A DNA stretch of 48,788 bases from Octopus bimaculoides (lineage: Eukaryota). Below are positions 47,264 through 48,788 of the stretch, piece after piece. A program made the position numbers and the translations under genes. Numbering within the stretch: the first letter of the stretch is position 1; the number at the start of each line of letters is the position of its first letter. Where the stretch lies: assembly GCF_001194135.2 (NCBI RefSeq), contig NC_069008.1, positions 5,899,878 to 5,948,665 on the forward strand. Direction: 5' to 3'. The notes under the pieces are model-generated. The model worked only from the letters and a program-made list of their open reading frames with translations, was not told where the DNA came from and made no database searches.

Positions 47264-47520
47264 AGACCTGGGCTGAGGTGGTGAGGCAAGACCTTCGTAC
47301 ATTGGGCCTCACCGAGGCGATGACTACTGACCGAGACCTTTGGAAATGTGCTGTGCGTGAGAATACCCGGCAAGCCAAGTAAGATCGTTGCCAGTGCCCC
47401 TGGACTGGCTCTTGGGCGGGTGGCACATGAGATGCACCATTTTGAGCGTGGCCGTTGCCAGTACCGCCTGACTGGCTCCCGTAGGATTTTCGAGTGAGAT
47501 CGTTGCCAGTTAAACGATGA
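47264..47520 (+). mobile_element. RTE-clade LINE: end of ORF2 plus 3' UTR
   Basis: TWAEVVRQDLRTLGLTEAMTTDRDLWKCAV* is a typical RTE C-terminus (stop 47380-47382). It is followed by UTR repeats and GTTAAACGATGATGATG. Confidence 0.75.
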
Positions 47521-47925
47521 TGATGATACATACACACACATAAATAACAGGCTTCCACACAGTTTCTCTCAACCAACTGCACTCACCAGGTATTCGTCAG
47601 CCTGGCTCTTTAGTAGAAGACACTTGGTCAATGTGGCACTTGGTGATAGCAAAGCAAACTTCTTAGCCATACTTCAGTACCTTGGAACCATTTCTGGTTC
47701 CAGCGACGAATGGCAAAGACTCGAGGGTTAGAAACAAGCTCCATATCTGCTCTGACTGTTGTGAGCCCCTCTTCACTTATACTAATCCAAGGGAAGATCT
47801 GATGCGATTGCCCTCTGGATGAATTCATCATCGAGGCGCCCCCTTAACACAAGTTAGGAAGTAGTGACCCACATAGAGAACTTAATGGGTAAGACCAAGA
47901 TCGCATCACCGTGCCCCTCACTTAC

Positions 47926-48059
47926 CGAGAGTCCAAACGAGTGGTCTCTTCTTGACCAAAATTCAGACATTGCTGCAGGTCACTTTGTATTTTCCTCAAC
48001 AATGGAGTGCACAAGCTTTGGCCAATCTGGAGCTTCTCTTCCCTGGTAATACCATATTC
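47926..48059 (-). CDS. PPIP5K: PPIP5K exon ([13 protein letters not shown]...[14 protein letters not shown]...TRLDSR)
   Basis: Acceptor TTTCTGTTTCTAG, donor GTAAGT, 134 nt, phase 0 to 2. Matches my recollection of PPIP5K2 [29 protein letters not shown]. Confidence 0.93.
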
Positions 48060-48164
48060 CTAGAAACAGAAATAGATATATGAAAATAACGGGGGTCATT
48101 CAAAATAACGGGGTCAACCAAGAATGGGACAAGCACAGCTGAAGCAGCTTTGGTCATAGGTCCA

Positions 48165-48788
48165 CTACATCAGTGCTGACCTGTGGATAAACAAGAACAA
48201 GGAAGGAGACATTAGATAATGTAGTCTTAGATACACATAGTCTGAATAAAAAACGTGATGGTCATCATAGGTCTGCAGGATCAGGACTTGCCTGGGACTA
48301 AACAACAACAAAGGACACATTAGGTAATGTAGTCTTAGGTACACTATGTCTGAATAAAAGACAGGATGGTCACAGCTGGTATAACACTGATCATAAATCT
48401 GCAGGATCAGGACAGACCTGGAGGTAAACAACAACAACAAGGAAGGACACATTAGATAATGTAGTCCTAAATACACTATGCCTGAATAACAGATGGAATG
48501 GTCACAAATGGAACAGCTTGGTCCACAGGTCTACTCGGTCAAGACAGACCTGGAGGCAAACAGCAACAACAACAAAGGACACATTAGATGATGTAGTCCT
48601 AGATACACTATGCCTGAATAACAGATGGAATGGTCACAAATGGAACAGCTTGGTCCACAGGTCTACTCGGTCAAGACAGACATGGAGGTAAACAGCAACA
48701 ACAAAGAAGGACACATTAGATGATGTAGTCCTAGATACACTATGCCTGAATAACAGATGGAATGGTCACAAATGGAACAGCTTGGTCC
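48165..48788 (+). repeat. 132-bp tandem repeat, running off the window
   Basis: GGACACATTAGAT starts at 48445, 48577 and 48709; more diverged units lie to the left. Confidence 0.9.

Noticed and set aside
48165-48788. 132-bp repeat as a 44-codon coding repeat
   Set aside because: The frames I translated hit stops within one or two units, and it lies in a PPIP5K intron.

Overview
Eukaryotic, repeat-rich draft-assembly DNA with many N gaps. The microsatellite density and SINE/LINE families suggest a coleoid cephalopod, probably Octopus (inference). There are three main gene components. (1) The 3' half of a PPIP5K/VIP1 gene lies on the minus strand. I traced 11 well-supported exons between 48059 and 20606, covering the end of the phosphatase-like domain and a long disordered tail that includes several frame-preserving phase 1-1 exons. 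(2) Two related plus-strand genes each have one giant coding exon: <1-3162 (>1050 aa, about four beta-propeller-like modules) and 12658-14675 (basic N-terminus, coiled coil, two modules). They resemble NHL/TRIM-type propellers. (3) A CpG-rich promoter-like segment with a strong minus-strand donor at 6800 may start a further transcript running over the first propeller gene. The remainder is tRNA-derived SINEs, RTE, Tx1/L1 and R4-like LINE ends, MITEs and satellites. The most unusual observations are: three fold-back elements with GG..CC ends and exact 8-bp target duplications (Merlin-like; two carry telomeric TTAGGG, one is only 42 bp); a piggyBac-type MITE whose internal 44-bp unit has grown into a satellite; a SINE ending in a degenerate hammerhead ribozyme; and splicing-regulatory structure around the PPIP5K tail exons. 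All assignments come from reading the sequence; no database searches were run.
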